64,000 bases of DNA from contig NZ_SAIQ01000002.1 of the NCBI RefSeq assembly GCF_004118155.1, positions 460,487-524,486 of the forward strand, given 5' to 3'. The position numbers were made by a program, and so were the translations under genes. Below the pieces are notes generated by a model, which had not been told where the DNA came from, made no database searches, and saw only the letters and a program-made list of their open reading frames with translations. Positions within the stretch are counted from its first letter, which is position 1. Each line of letters starts with the position of its first letter. This document shows positions 10,701 to 19,736 of this stretch, piece after piece. The stretch is from Edaphocola flava. Its GTDB lineage: Bacteria > Bacteroidota > Bacteroidia > Chitinophagales > Chitinophagaceae.

Positions 10701-13700
10701 GTAAAGTCATTACAGATACCTGCAGCAGCAAACGCAGTAACGTCAAATGCTATAGAGGTAATGTTACCTGCTAGCAGGCCTTGTGCCTGCAATTCGCTGG
10801 CCAGGAATAACATCTGATGTTTAGTACCACCATAGTATGCACTCAATGGGTTAGGGTATGACGTTGTACTATTGCTGGAAGTTCCTGCACCAACTCTGAT
10901 GGAAGAAGGCACTGAGGTACCTGGTTCCGCGAAGAAGTTAGTAGTCGCACTGATTTGCGGAGTAATAAAACTGTTGCCCGTTCCCAGCGAAGTGCCACCA
11001 GTTGCTGCAGCATACCATCTTACCGTAGATCCGGCATTAGCTGTCGCTGCCAGCGTAACAACACCTGTACCACAACGGGTAGCCGGAGTTGTGCCGGTAA
11101 TGGTTGGGTTACTTACCAGTACCGTATCAGAAACAGAGGTAAAACATACCGCACTGTCACTGTTTTTAACGATGGCACGGTAGTATTGTGTAGCCGTAAG
11201 GGTCGGAGTGGTGTAGCTGGTGCCAGTACCATTAGTTGTAATGTTAGCAAATGTGGTATTGTCTGCAGAGTTCTGCCATTGGTATACCACACCGGTTTGT
11301 GCAATAGCAGGGCTTAGGTTAATTACACTTGTACCTGTGTTACATAATATACCGGTAGCCGCAATTGCAGCTGCATTAGCCGGAATGGTCTGAATTTTTA
11401 CGGTATCTACCGCACCACATAATGTAGTAGTGTTATTGGCAGTAGCAATATAAGTTACCAGACCAGCAGTTGCTGATTTCTGATATACTGTATATGCATG
11501 TGTACCGGCAGTATAAGGAACAGTAGCTGCAGCATCGGTAAACAGATTGGTTACCGGACTCCAGGTTACGTTGTTATAGCTTGCCTGAGTTGAATTAACT
11601 GTTAATGTAGTAGTCGCATTATTACAAACCGTTTTGTTGTTGGTTACATCAAATACCGGTGCAGTATTTACGGTTGCATTTACAGCTAAACGGGAACTGC
11701 GACAAGTATACTGGGCATTGAAAATAATCTTTGGTCTGTTTTGAGAGCGGTCATATGTATACGTACCTGCACCGGTAGGGCCAGTGAAGGCCAGCATATT
11801 AGGAGCAGTCTCACTATCTTTTCTATATGACTGAGAAGAAAAGTTTGTTGTTGCATCATATTTTACAACAGAACTTGTATTGCTGGTATTTCCATTACTC
11901 CAGCTGGTGGAGACAATGATATTGGATGTGCCATCCCAGTTGAATGGAGTAGCAAATGTAAATGTATTGATACCTACAACCGGAGTAAACGTTGCAGAAG
12001 GATAAACCGTAGTAGGCGTAGCCTGTATATCTGTTGTTCCGAATGTAGTCAGTGTAGTTGTGGCCATTTGAATGGTGAAGCCAGTCAATGCAGAACCTGC
12101 AGTAGTGATATCAAATGCCAGGCTGGTAATATTACCAGCTACAAATCCTGCACTTTGTAATTCCGCAGCAGTAAACAGGTATTGGCTTTTCATGCCACCG
12201 TAACCACCGTTAAATGGACTGTAAGGAGCGCTGCCGCTGGTCAATGCACCTGCACCTACCGGCATTGCAGCTGCTGTAATAGTACTTGCTTCTGCATAAT
12301 ATGTAGTCGTAGCAGAAATAGAAGGAGTTGTAAACGGAGAACCAGTACCGATTGATGTACCTCCGGTAGCTGCTGTAAACCAGTTAATCGTTGCGCCGGT
12401 ATTAGCCGTAGCAGTAAGGCTTACAGTACCGGCACCACAACGTTGCGCCCCGGTAGCTGTCATAATATTGTTTGTATAGTTTAATTGTACCGGAGTAGAA
12501 TAAACTGTATCTGGCCCTGCACTACAAACTACTCTGCAACGATAAAATCTATCGGTCACAGCAGCAGTATAGGTGCTGGAAGTAGCACTGGTAATACTCG
12601 TATAAGTGGTTCCGTCATTAGATGACTGCCACAAGTAAGATAAACCATTGCCTGTAGGGACTGTAGTCAGCGAAAATGCAACTGTGCTACCAGAGCAAAG
12701 ATTTGCATTCGGTGTAGCAATAGTAGCACCTGGTACAGGTGTAGCACACAAAGTAGTGAAATTTGTGGGTCCTGTCCATACACTTTTGTCTGAACCACTG
12801 CACACTGAACGTATCCACACATATTGCTGTGTTGCAGCAGGTAACCCCGAGAGGATTTTAGATGTGCCAGAAGCTGTTCCTGTAGCGGTTGTTGATGCTG
12901 TAGGAGCAGTACTGGAAGTGCTTATATAGTATTCATAACCATTACTAGGAAGCGGTGTCGCTGCTGTCCATGTAATAGTTGCTCCGCCTGAAGTCACCGC
13001 ACTATTTGCAATGCTAGGAGGTGCCGGACAAGTTGGAGGTGTCCATAGGTAGGTCTGACCGCTAACAAAATTCCTCGGATCTGTTGTACTGCCCGTAAAT
13101 CTACAAGTTGCAGAGTTGGCGGTTCCTGCAATAGAGTTATTCCAGTTTTGGCCTGCAGTGGTAGTAACCGAACGGTTATTGAAATCCGTAGTTGAAGTGG
13201 CCATACCAACTTGTGGTTGGTAGCTGGTACTTGTACCCGGACCAGAGTTCAGGTTGTATACATATTTGATCTCACCGGTAATGGTATTGATGCGAACCTG
13301 CATGTCGAAATTTTCGGTAATACCGTATCGACACCAGCCTTTCCATTGAAATACCACTTCGTTACCTACTGTTTCCCAGCGGATCTCCGAGGCCGTTGTA
13401 GAGGTAGCCTTATTCAGATCTGCATTAAATACGCATAAATGTACACCACCTCCGGCTGGAGCTGTGCTGTTGCCGGTGTAAAGGGTCGTGCTTGGCGAGG
13501 TGCCACCAAGTTTTAACAGGCCATTGGAAGTGATCCAGGCAGTTGTGTACTGTACCTGATTTACCGTAACTGCCGGTATGGTGATGGAAGAAGAGGTCCA
13601 GCTATCAAGAGAAGTTGTAGACGTTCCATCAATAATCATTGTACCGCCCGTGATCGGGGTAAAGGTTCCGGAGCTTTGCGTAAAGCTATAGGTAGAAACC

Positions 13701-13819
13701 TGTGCAACAGCTTGTTCTCTGCCAAGCAATGCAAGTGCACCGGCTAAAACCAACTGGCGTAATCGCCTGGGGGTTTTACTGGTTAGTTTTTTGAGATTTG
13801 TTTGTAAATGTGCCTTCAT
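7751..13819 (-). CDS. Giant (2022 aa) T9SS-secreted cell-surface repeat protein with signal peptide, FN3-like, tandem ~460-aa repeats, Ig/PKD-like domains and a type-A Por C-terminal sorting domain
   Basis: N-terminal signal peptide; FN3-like segment (PAPPSIANSAVTSGGATITWTA...); three tandem repeat units (GAGTSSNSTTSYPNPLS..YGGTKHQMLFLASELQA..); PKD motif WNFGDGVTS; C-terminus LYPNPAQDQLKLEL...MYILKAETDKG typical of the T9SS CTD (TIGR04183-like). Confidence 0.85.
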   Translation of the reverse strand: MKAHLQTNLKKLTSKTPRRLRQLVLAGALALLGREQAVAQVSTYSFTQSSGTFTPITGGTMIIDGTSTTSLDSWTSSSITIPAVTVNQVQYTTAWITSNGLLKLGGTSPSTTLYTGNSTAPAGGGVHLCVFNADLNKATSTTASEIRWETVGNEVVFQWKGWCRYGITENFDMQVRINTITGEIKYVYNLNSGPGTSTSYQPQVGMATSTTDFNNRSVTTTAGQNWNNSIAGTANSATCRFTGSTTDPRNFVSGQTYLWTPPTCPAPPSIANSAVTSGGATITWTAATPLPSNGYEYYISTSSTAPTASTTATGTASGTSKILSGLPAATQQYVWIRSVCSGSDKSVWTGPTNFTTLCATPVPGATIATPNANLCSGSTVAFSLTTVPTGNGLSYLWQSSNDGTTYTSITSATSSTYTAAVTDRFYRCRVVCSAGPDTVYSTPVQLNYTNNIMTATGAQRCGAGTVSLTATANTGATINWFTAATGGTSIGTGSPFTTPSISATTTYYAEASTITAAAMPVGAGALTSGSAPYSPFNGGYGGMKSQYLFTAAELQSAGFVAGNITSLAFDITTAGSALTGFTIQMATTTLTTFGTTDIQATPTTVYPSATFTPVVGINTFTFATPFNWDGTSNIIVSTSWSNGNTSNTSSVVKYDATTNFSSQSYRKDSETAPNMLAFTGPTGAGTYTYDRSQNRPKIIFNAQYTCRSSRLAVNATVNTAPVFDVTNNKTVCNNATTTLTVNSTQASYNNVTWSPVTNLFTDAAATVPYTAGTHAYTVYQKSATAGLVTYIATANNTTTLCGAVDTVKIQTIPANAAAIAATGILCNTGTSVINLSPAIAQTGVVYQWQNSADNTTFANITTNGTGTSYTTPTLTATQYYRAIVKNSDSAVCFTSVSDTVLVSNPTITGTTPATRCGTGVVTLAATANAGSTVRWYAAATGGTSLGTGNSFITPQISATTNFFAEPGTSVPSSIRVGAGTSSNSTTSYPNPLSAYYGGTKHQMLFLASELQAQGLLAGNITSIAFDVTAFAAAGICNDFTIKLGTTTNTAMTGFVTGTSTVYNASYTPSATGVVTFNFTTPYNWDGTSNLIVETIHNAGNGGNGSGTTVAYTATTFNSVYARAIDNITPATAAAFDASTSTSGVTTTSPNRPNIVFGGIGKCAGTRQQVTATVTPAPAFDVTNDKTVCNNAITTLTVSSPAANFNNVTWTPVANLYTNAAATTPYTAGTNASTVYYKNATSGTAMVTANALNTTSQCANLDTVKIQTLPSTANSVAAVKDFCQSGSTTLSITPAITQTNFSYQWQNSANNVAFTDITTGGTSATYTTPTLNATQYYRAVIKNSDGASCFNTASDTVRVYNPTILTNTPAERCGPGVLTLSATTAAGNTLKWFTALTGGTPVGTGNNFTTPSLSATTNYYVSAESYYAKSIRIGAGTSSNSTTSYPNPLSGFYGGTKHQMLFLASELQAAGLVAGNIKAISFDVTAINATATCNDFTIRMGTTNNTAMSGFVSGTTPVYNASYTPTATGVVTFTFTTPFNWDGTSNVILETVHNSGNGGNGSGTTVAYTATTFNSVYARSIDNITPATAAAFDATTSTSGVTTTSMNRPNVVFLGQTACISPRTTVAATIKAKPTAGLTPTGTINICAGQSQTLTATGGGAYSWLNNTSLISSQTASTLTVNQTGNYKAIVTNTTSGCSDTSVAANVTVNAKPVVNLGNDTAVCANVPLTLNAGNPGAAYLWNDNSTNSTLVAAAAGQYRVKVTNSFNCSTSDTINIAHKVVPVVNLGNDTMICHVQPLTLNAANPGAAYLWNTGATSQTISVNQAGTYSVSVTNASNCTGTDAIAITIMPQPVNDGFNFVPLFNEAMGKVRFEPINPAQNYTYAWNFGDGVTSTLDSPVHTFAAAGDYLVTMDVSNGCTDTSVTLLIRVDFTVGTATVVKNNIDMRLYPNPAQDQLKLELVGDNIYFRNISVHNVVGQKVIDLKTQKTVTEKINLSQLPAGMYILKAETDKGMVMRKFEVIK
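8950..11720. repeat. Intragenic tandem direct repeats (period ~1378 bp, two near-identical units plus a diverged third unit at ~11720-13000)
   Basis: DNA segment 8996-9150 aligns with 10367-10520 at high identity. Antisense ORFs 8931-9122 and 10167-10463 encode near-identical peptides (VVVTPEVEVVASKAAAVAGVMLSIERA vs VVVTPLVDVEASNAAAVAGVMLSIALA), confirming the period. Confidence 0.8.
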
Positions 13820-13862
13820 ACATTCATTACTTTAAGTTGTGTAGAACTAATGTTTCATACTT

Positions 13863-13870
13863 CAAAAATA
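13863..13870 (-). promoter_or_regulatory. Candidate -7 element (TAttTTTG on the minus strand) for the adhesin gene
   Basis: caaaaata lies 44 nt upstream of the ATG at 13819, in an AT-rich 200-bp intergenic region. Confidence 0.3.
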
Positions 13871-13963
13871 GTATTATTTTGTGAAATAATTATATATCTT
13901 TAACTTATATATTATATGTAATATAAACACTATATTTACGTAATAGCCTTTGTGGATATATAT

Positions 13964-13996
13964 CGCAGTAAAAAGGGGCGATGTAAATAACATCGC
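13964..13996. terminator. Hairpin terminator downstream of lpdA
   Basis: aaaggggcgatg-taaataa-catcgccccttt with flanking A/T runs, 30 nt past the lpdA stop. Confidence 0.7.
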
Positions 13997-14026
13997 CCCT
14001 TTTATAATATTTGTGTAAAATTTTTA

Positions 14027-15433
14027 CTACAGGTGAATTGCTTCGCCTAAAGCTACTTCGATAGCATCTTTCACTGCTTCGCTCATCGTAGGGTGAGGGA
14101 AGATAGTGTCTAATTGCTCATGGTAAGTAGTCTCCAGTTTACGTGCAGTTACAGTTTCTGCAATGATCTCAGTTACATTAGCACCGATCATATGGCAACC
14201 TAACCACTCGCCGTATTTAGCATCAATAACTACTTTTACGAAACCTTCAGTTGCACCGGCAGCGCTAGCTTTACCAGAAGCAGAGAATGGGAATTTACCT
14301 ACTTTAACTTCGTAACCAGCTTCTTTAGCTGCTTTCTCCGTCATACCTACAGAAGCGATCTCAGGGCTGCAATAAGTACAACCTGGTACATTACCGTAAT
14401 CCAGTACAGCTGGAATGTGGTTATATTTACCTTCTTTCTGGGCAATAGCTTCGATACAGATCACTGCTTCTTTCATCGCTACGTGTGCCAGAGCCTGACC
14501 GGGAACGATATCACCGATAGCATAGATACCGTCTACGTTTGTTTTGTAGTAAGGGTCAACAGTTACGCGACCTTTATCAGTAGCAATGTTCAGGCTTTCC
14601 AGACCGATGTTCTCGATGTTAGTGCTTACACCTGCAGCAGATAATAAAATCTCTGCTTCCAGGGTGATCTCTCCGGTAGCTGTTTTCACAGTAGCTTTTA
14701 CGCCTTCGCCGCTGATATCAGCTTTCTCTACAGAAGATGAAGTCATCACTTCGATACCTTTTTTCTTGAAAGATTTCTCCAGTTCTTTAGAGATATCCGC
14801 ATCTTCAACAGGCACGATTCTGTCCATGAATTCAACGATTGTTACTTTAGTACCTAAAGCACTATAGAAGTAAGCAAACTCTACTCCGATGGCACCAGAA
14901 CCCACAACGATCATAGATTTAGGTTGTGCAGGCAGTGTTAAGGCCTCTCTGTAACCAATGATTTTTTTACCATCGATAGGCAGAGCAGGTAACTCGCGGC
15001 TGCGTGCACCTGTAGCCAGTACGATATGCTTTGCGGTATGTTTGGTTACGCTACCATCAGCAGCAGTAACTTCCAGTTCTTTATTTGCATTCAGTTTACC
15101 AAAACCATTGATAACCTCAATTTTATTCTTTTTCATCAGGAACTGAATACCCTTGCTCATCTTATCCGCAACACCACGGCTACGTTTAATGATGGCTTCG
15201 AAGTCATGCTTAGCACCTTCTACAGACACACCGTAGTCTTGTGCGTGGCTGATGTATTCAAACACCTGTGCTGATTTCAGTAACGCTTTAGTAGGGATAC
15301 AACCCCAGTTTAAGCAGATACCACCCAGGCTCTCACGTTCAACGATTGCTGTTTTAAAACCTAATTGTGCAGCACGAATGGCGGCTACATAACCCCCAGG
15401 ACCGCTACCTACTACGATTACATCGTATGCCAT
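14027..15433 (-). CDS. lpdA: Dihydrolipoyl dehydrogenase (E3 component)
   Basis: FAD motif VVGSGPGGYVAAIRAAQLG, redox-active CLNWGCIPTK disulfide, C-terminal HPT motif; 468 aa. Confidence 0.95.
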   Translation of the reverse strand: MAYDVIVVGSGPGGYVAAIRAAQLGFKTAIVERESLGGICLNWGCIPTKALLKSAQVFEYISHAQDYGVSVEGAKHDFEAIIKRSRGVADKMSKGIQFLMKKNKIEVINGFGKLNANKELEVTAADGSVTKHTAKHIVLATGARSRELPALPIDGKKIIGYREALTLPAQPKSMIVVGSGAIGVEFAYFYSALGTKVTIVEFMDRIVPVEDADISKELEKSFKKKGIEVMTSSSVEKADISGEGVKATVKTATGEITLEAEILLSAAGVSTNIENIGLESLNIATDKGRVTVDPYYKTNVDGIYAIGDIVPGQALAHVAMKEAVICIEAIAQKEGKYNHIPAVLDYGNVPGCTYCSPEIASVGMTEKAAKEAGYEVKVGKFPFSASGKASAAGATEGFVKVVIDAKYGEWLGCHMIGANVTEIIAETVTARKLETTYHEQLDTIFPHPTMSEAVKDAIEVALGEAIHL

Positions 15434-15490
15434 AGTAATAAAATTGTTTTTGGTATATTAAATAATGTACTTTTTCGAAATTGATCGCAC

Positions 15491-15526
15491 AAAAGTAATT
15501 AATTCAGGGTAAACCAACAATAATTT
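15491..15526. promoter_or_regulatory. Divergent -7 elements: TActTTTG (minus, lpdA) and TAatTTTG (plus, transporter)
   Basis: caaaagta at 15491-15498 and taattttg at ~15519-15526. Confidence 0.35.
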
Positions 15527-15710
15527 TGCATGAAGCCTTTTGCAGCCTAGCATAAAAGGATTAGGTTTGCAGGAACGATATCCGATACATGAAAACAATA
15601 GATCCCGGACAGATGAAAGAGCGTCGTTACTGGCGCAGCTGGTACCTGGCCCTTATTCTGTGGCTGGCCATACTGATCTTATTGTTCACCTTTTTTACCC
15701 GAATGTACAA

Positions 15711-17402
15711 ATGAGTTATATAGACTGGATCATTATGATCGGCAGCCTTATGGCCATTATTATATATGGACTGTACCAGAGTAGAGGGGCAGGCCGCGAA
15801 TCTTACATTATGGCCGGCAGGCAGATGCCCTGGTACACTGTACTGCTGGGTATTATGGCCACACAAGCCAGTGCTATTACCTTTCTCTCCGGTCCTGGAC
15901 AGGCTTATACCGATGGTATGCGTTTTGTGCAGTATTACTTCGGCCTGCCGCTGGCAATGATCGTGATCTCGGCCGTTTTTGTTCCCATATTCCGAAGGCT
16001 GAATGTGAATACCGCTTACGAGTATCTGGAGCAACGTTTCGGCCGCAATACACGTTTGCTTACAGGCATGTTATTCCTGTTTTCCCGGGGCGTATCAACC
16101 GGCATCAGTGTATACGCACCCTCAATTATCCTATCCTCTATATTAGATATGAATATCTACCTGACCAATGTACTGGTAGGCGGATTGCTGATCATCTATA
16201 CCTATACCGGCGGGGCCAAGGCTATTGCACAGACACAGAAAATACAATTCATTATCATCATCAGTTCAATGGCCTTTGCAGGCTACCTGCTGGTGCAGGC
16301 GATGCCCAAAGGCGTTGGTTTTGGTGATGCCTTATACCTTGCAGGCAAGGCTGGTAAACTTAATGTCATCACGACCGATTTCTCTATAAAAGACAAATAC
16401 AATATCTGGAGCGGAATTATCGGAGGCTTCTTCCTGGCCTTATCCTATTTCGGAACTGATCAGAGCCAGGTAGGGCGTTATATATCAGCTAAGGATATGC
16501 GGGACAGCAGATTGGGATTGCTGATGAACGGGATGGTAAAGATCCCGATGCAATTCCTCATCTTGTTATTGGGCGCTTTATTGTTTGCATTTTATTCGAT
16601 ACAGAAAGCACCCATCTCATTTAATGAGAAGGCTGTAACCCTTACCCAGAAAGCGGCACCGGCAGACTATGCCGATCTGGCGATACAGTATAATATGCTT
16701 ACTGAGCAGCAAGCTCTGAGGGCCACTACAGCAGTGGCGCTGCGCAATACCCCTAATCCTAATGCCATAAGTCATAACCTGAATTTATTGCAACAAACGC
16801 AGAAAGAGATTGAACAAAGCCGTGCCCGTTTCCGGGATATGGTGGACAAAAACCAGGTTGCGGCTGAGGCTAATGATACCAATTATATCTTCCTCCACTT
16901 TGTACGCAACTATCTCCCGGTAGGGATGATTGGACTGTTGTTCGCCGTAGTATTCCTGGCTAGTTGGGGCTCCATATCAGCTGCCCTGCATGCACTGTCC
17001 TCCAGTACGCTGTTAGATGTTCATCTATTATTATCTCATAAGCAAATGACCGACAAGCAGGAGCTGCGCTGGGCAAGGCTATACACCTTACTCTGGGGTA
17101 TATTCAGTATCCTGGTAGCCATGTTTGCAACCCGTATGGGTTCTTTGATTGAGGCGGTAAATGAACTGGGCAGCCTGTTCTATGGCGTGATCCTGGGTAT
17201 ATTCCTGGTGGCCTTCTTCCTCAAATCTGTATCAGGAAGAGCCGTATTCATGGCGGCGGTTATTTCGGAAGTCCTTATCTTTATTATTTATAAATTAAAC
17301 GTTGTAGGCTTTTTGTGGTTTAATGTAATAGGATCCCTGCTGGTAATCCTGATCGCCCTGGTGATACAGGCCGGTATAAAAAAGAATCACGAAACTGCAT
17401 AG
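15711..17402 (+). CDS. Sodium:solute symporter (SSS) family transporter
   Basis: 13-14 predicted TM helices and SSS-like motifs. The ORF is open from 15540, but the first 57 codons are hydrophilic and overlap the promoter region, so the start is placed at the Met that opens TM1 (MSYIDWIIMIG). Confidence 0.75.
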   Translation: MSYIDWIIMIGSLMAIIIYGLYQSRGAGRESYIMAGRQMPWYTVLLGIMATQASAITFLSGPGQAYTDGMRFVQYYFGLPLAMIVISAVFVPIFRRLNVNTAYEYLEQRFGRNTRLLTGMLFLFSRGVSTGISVYAPSIILSSILDMNIYLTNVLVGGLLIIYTYTGGAKAIAQTQKIQFIIIISSMAFAGYLLVQAMPKGVGFGDALYLAGKAGKLNVITTDFSIKDKYNIWSGIIGGFFLALSYFGTDQSQVGRYISAKDMRDSRLGLLMNGMVKIPMQFLILLLGALLFAFYSIQKAPISFNEKAVTLTQKAAPADYADLAIQYNMLTEQQALRATTAVALRNTPNPNAISHNLNLLQQTQKEIEQSRARFRDMVDKNQVAAEANDTNYIFLHFVRNYLPVGMIGLLFAVVFLASWGSISAALHALSSSTLLDVHLLLSHKQMTDKQELRWARLYTLLWGIFSILVAMFATRMGSLIEAVNELGSLFYGVILGIFLVAFFLKSVSGRAVFMAAVISEVLIFIIYKLNVVGFLWFNVIGSLLVILIALVIQAGIKKNHETA

Positions 17403-17413
17403 CAAATATAATT

Positions 17414-18565
17414 ATGGTAAAATCTGCACTGCTCCTCACAGCACTGTCTTCTCTGGCCCTGGCCTGTAACGGACAGTCGACTGCTAAACATAAGCATATC
17501 GGCACCGAGCCGATGATCATAAAAAAACAAACACCTGAAGATATCGGTAACCGCTACTATGCTGCTAATGCGGCCATAGACAAGCGGATAGAGGAACTGT
17601 ATGCAGCCATGACGCCGCAGCAACGTGCGGCACAGATGATTATGGTAGCCTCAAGCGAAATGCTGGGTTATCCGTATGCAACTACCGTAAAGACCAGTGT
17701 TCAGGCACAGAATGCAGCTAACGTTTTGTTTCTGAAGGGTACCCGTGACCAATTTATTAAGCAGCACGATGAGCTGGTTGGTTATAAAATAGAAGGGCTG
17801 GTACCCCTGTTTGCCTGCGACTGTGAGCCTACTTTATTGCACAATAAATTTCCCGGACAACCTAAGATGGATGCCACGGCCAATCTGAAAACAGAAGATG
17901 CCGTACGCGCTTCAGTAGATACTATCAATCACCTGATGGATGAAATCGGGATCAGCATTAACTTTGCGCCGATTGTAGATATTGCTAAGAATGCTGCAGT
18001 CATCAACAAGCGCTCTTTTGGTAACGACCCGGCCATAATCATGAAACAGGCAGGCGTTTTTATCGATGAGACGCAGAAAGACGGGAAAGCCGCTACTATT
18101 AAGCATTTTCCCGGGCATGGCGCCGTTACCGGAGATACCCATAAGCAATCGGTATTTATCAATGGTAAGATGACCGAGCTGGCTACTTTTGAAAAAGTAA
18201 TGAACCAGTCTAAACCGGTATTTGTTATGGTAGGACATATTTCTGTACGTAATAATCCCGAAGGTTTTAATACCGAAAATGATCGCCCCGCTACTACTTC
18301 ACGTAAAATTGTAACCGAATTGCTGCGGGAGAAAATGGGCTTTAAAGGCATTATCACTACCGATGCCATGAATATGCAGGCCTCCAAAAACTTTCCGGAT
18401 GCAGACTGGGAAGCGGCGAAAGCAGGTGTGGACCTGGTTTTGATGCCGGCAGATCCGGCCAAACTAAACAGGCTCATTGCAGCAGAGATTACCAAAGGCT
18501 CTGCATTGGGCAAGCAGTTTGAGGCTTCCGTAAAACGTATGATCAAATTAAAGCTATTACAGTAA
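17414..18565 (+). CDS. Glycoside hydrolase family 3 N-terminal-domain lipoprotein (beta-N-acetylhexosaminidase NagZ-like)
   Basis: Lipoprotein signal (LALACNG); GH3 signature KHFPGHGAVTGDTH and the TDAMNM motif. Single-domain GH3 of ~380 aa, like NagZ. Confidence 0.8.
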   Translation: MVKSALLLTALSSLALACNGQSTAKHKHIGTEPMIIKKQTPEDIGNRYYAANAAIDKRIEELYAAMTPQQRAAQMIMVASSEMLGYPYATTVKTSVQAQNAANVLFLKGTRDQFIKQHDELVGYKIEGLVPLFACDCEPTLLHNKFPGQPKMDATANLKTEDAVRASVDTINHLMDEIGISINFAPIVDIAKNAAVINKRSFGNDPAIIMKQAGVFIDETQKDGKAATIKHFPGHGAVTGDTHKQSVFINGKMTELATFEKVMNQSKPVFVMVGHISVRNNPEGFNTENDRPATTSRKIVTELLREKMGFKGIITTDAMNMQASKNFPDADWEAAKAGVDLVLMPADPAKLNRLIAAEITKGSALGKQFEASVKRMIKLKLLQ

Positions 18566-18604
18566 TTACTGTTTTATACTATACCTGACCTGTAAAAAGA
18601 TATT

Positions 18605-19507
18605 GTGATGGCCGTACCATTCTCCTGTGCGTATACCGAAAAGGTATACGGAAACTTTAAGTGGATCGATATTAAAGACCCTCAGAAAGAGGACCTGGAT
18701 GGTATTGCCAAAATGTACGGACTGGATTATTATCAGGTCAAAGATAGCCTGGAAGCCGGTCACCTTCCGAAGTATGAAAAGGGAGATGACTATAACTTCC
18801 TTATCCTGCGTGCCTATACCCATGCCTTTCATTACAAGAGCAATTCGATTACAGATATCACTAATAAGGTTGCTTTCTTTTACAATCCGCAAATGGTGAT
18901 CACCATTCACCGTGCCGATTTTGACTTCCTGACCAATGTCAAGCCCCAGCAATTTGCCCAGTCTGAGTTATTGATAATATACCTCATTCATAAAATACTG
19001 CGGACCTACGATAAACCCAGCCTGGTGCTATCGGAACGTAATGAACACCTGGAGCGCACGATCTTCCTGCGTACGCGGGCCAAAGTATCACTCGAAGAAT
19101 TATATTTTCAGAAAGCACATACCCGCATTATCAAGAAACTGCTGCTCATTACACAGAATGTGATGCACCAGGTCGAGATGCCCAAGCCGGTGAAAGTGCC
19201 TATGCAGGATGTTCGCGATACCGTACTCAATCTCGTACTGAATTTTGAAGAGGAATGGGAGAATGCCAATAATCTGCTCAACTCTTACCTGAACCTTGAT
19301 GCCCAGAAGACAAATGGGGTGATGAAACTGCTTACCGTATTCTCGGCCTTCTTTCTCCCGCTTACCTTTATCGCGGGCATATACGGTATGAACTTTGACT
19401 TTATGCCCGAGCTCAAGACCCGCTATGGTTACTTTGCTGTACTCGGTCTTATGGCTGTTATTTGTGTGGTGATCTTTATCTGGTTCAAACGGAAGCGGAT
19501 TTTTTAA
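18605..19507 (+). CDS. corA: CorA-family magnesium/cobalt transporter
   Basis: C-terminal two TM helices with the YGMNF (GMN) signature, preceded by a cytoplasmic domain. Confidence 0.85.
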   Translation: MMAVPFSCAYTEKVYGNFKWIDIKDPQKEDLDGIAKMYGLDYYQVKDSLEAGHLPKYEKGDDYNFLILRAYTHAFHYKSNSITDITNKVAFFYNPQMVITIHRADFDFLTNVKPQQFAQSELLIIYLIHKILRTYDKPSLVLSERNEHLERTIFLRTRAKVSLEELYFQKAHTRIIKKLLLITQNVMHQVEMPKPVKVPMQDVRDTVLNLVLNFEEEWENANNLLNSYLNLDAQKTNGVMKLLTVFSAFFLPLTFIAGIYGMNFDFMPELKTRYGYFAVLGLMAVICVVIFIWFKRKRIF

Positions 19508-19532
19508 GGATAAGGTATTCATATAATTTTCC

Positions 19533-19559
19533 CTACCCTTCGAGCCTCGAAGGGTAGGA
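19533..19559 (+). terminator. Rho-independent terminator of corA
   Basis: Perfect 13-bp stem cctacccttcgag-c-ctcgaagggtagg. Confidence 0.65.
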
Positions 19560-19736
19560 CTTATTATTATATCAACTGCAGCGGAGATGCATCTTTTTCT
19601 CAAGGCTGTTTTGGATTTCCCGGCTATAAATATATAGTGCTTTAATGCCTGTAATTAATTTAATTATATCCTTTCTTATTTTCTTACTTTTGCCGCCTGA
19701 AATTATTGCCTGTAGCGATAATTAAATCACTATTTA

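Noticed and set aside
8931-11317. Multiple 60-120-aa plus-strand ORFs within the adhesin gene, and the possibility that the tandem repeats are a CRISPR-like array
   Set aside because: The repeats are ~1.38 kb coding units, not short repeat-spacer units. There are no cas genes, and the small ORFs are antisense artefacts of a Thr/Ala/Gly-rich gene.
15540-15710. N-terminal 57-codon extension of the SSS transporter ORF
   Set aside because: Hydrophilic, overlaps the predicted promoter, and SSS transporters begin at TM1. The internal Met at 15711 was preferred.
17929-18546. 205-aa minus-strand ORF inside the GH3 gene
   Set aside because: Antisense shadow ORF; the GH3 signature (KHFPGHG) is on the plus strand.
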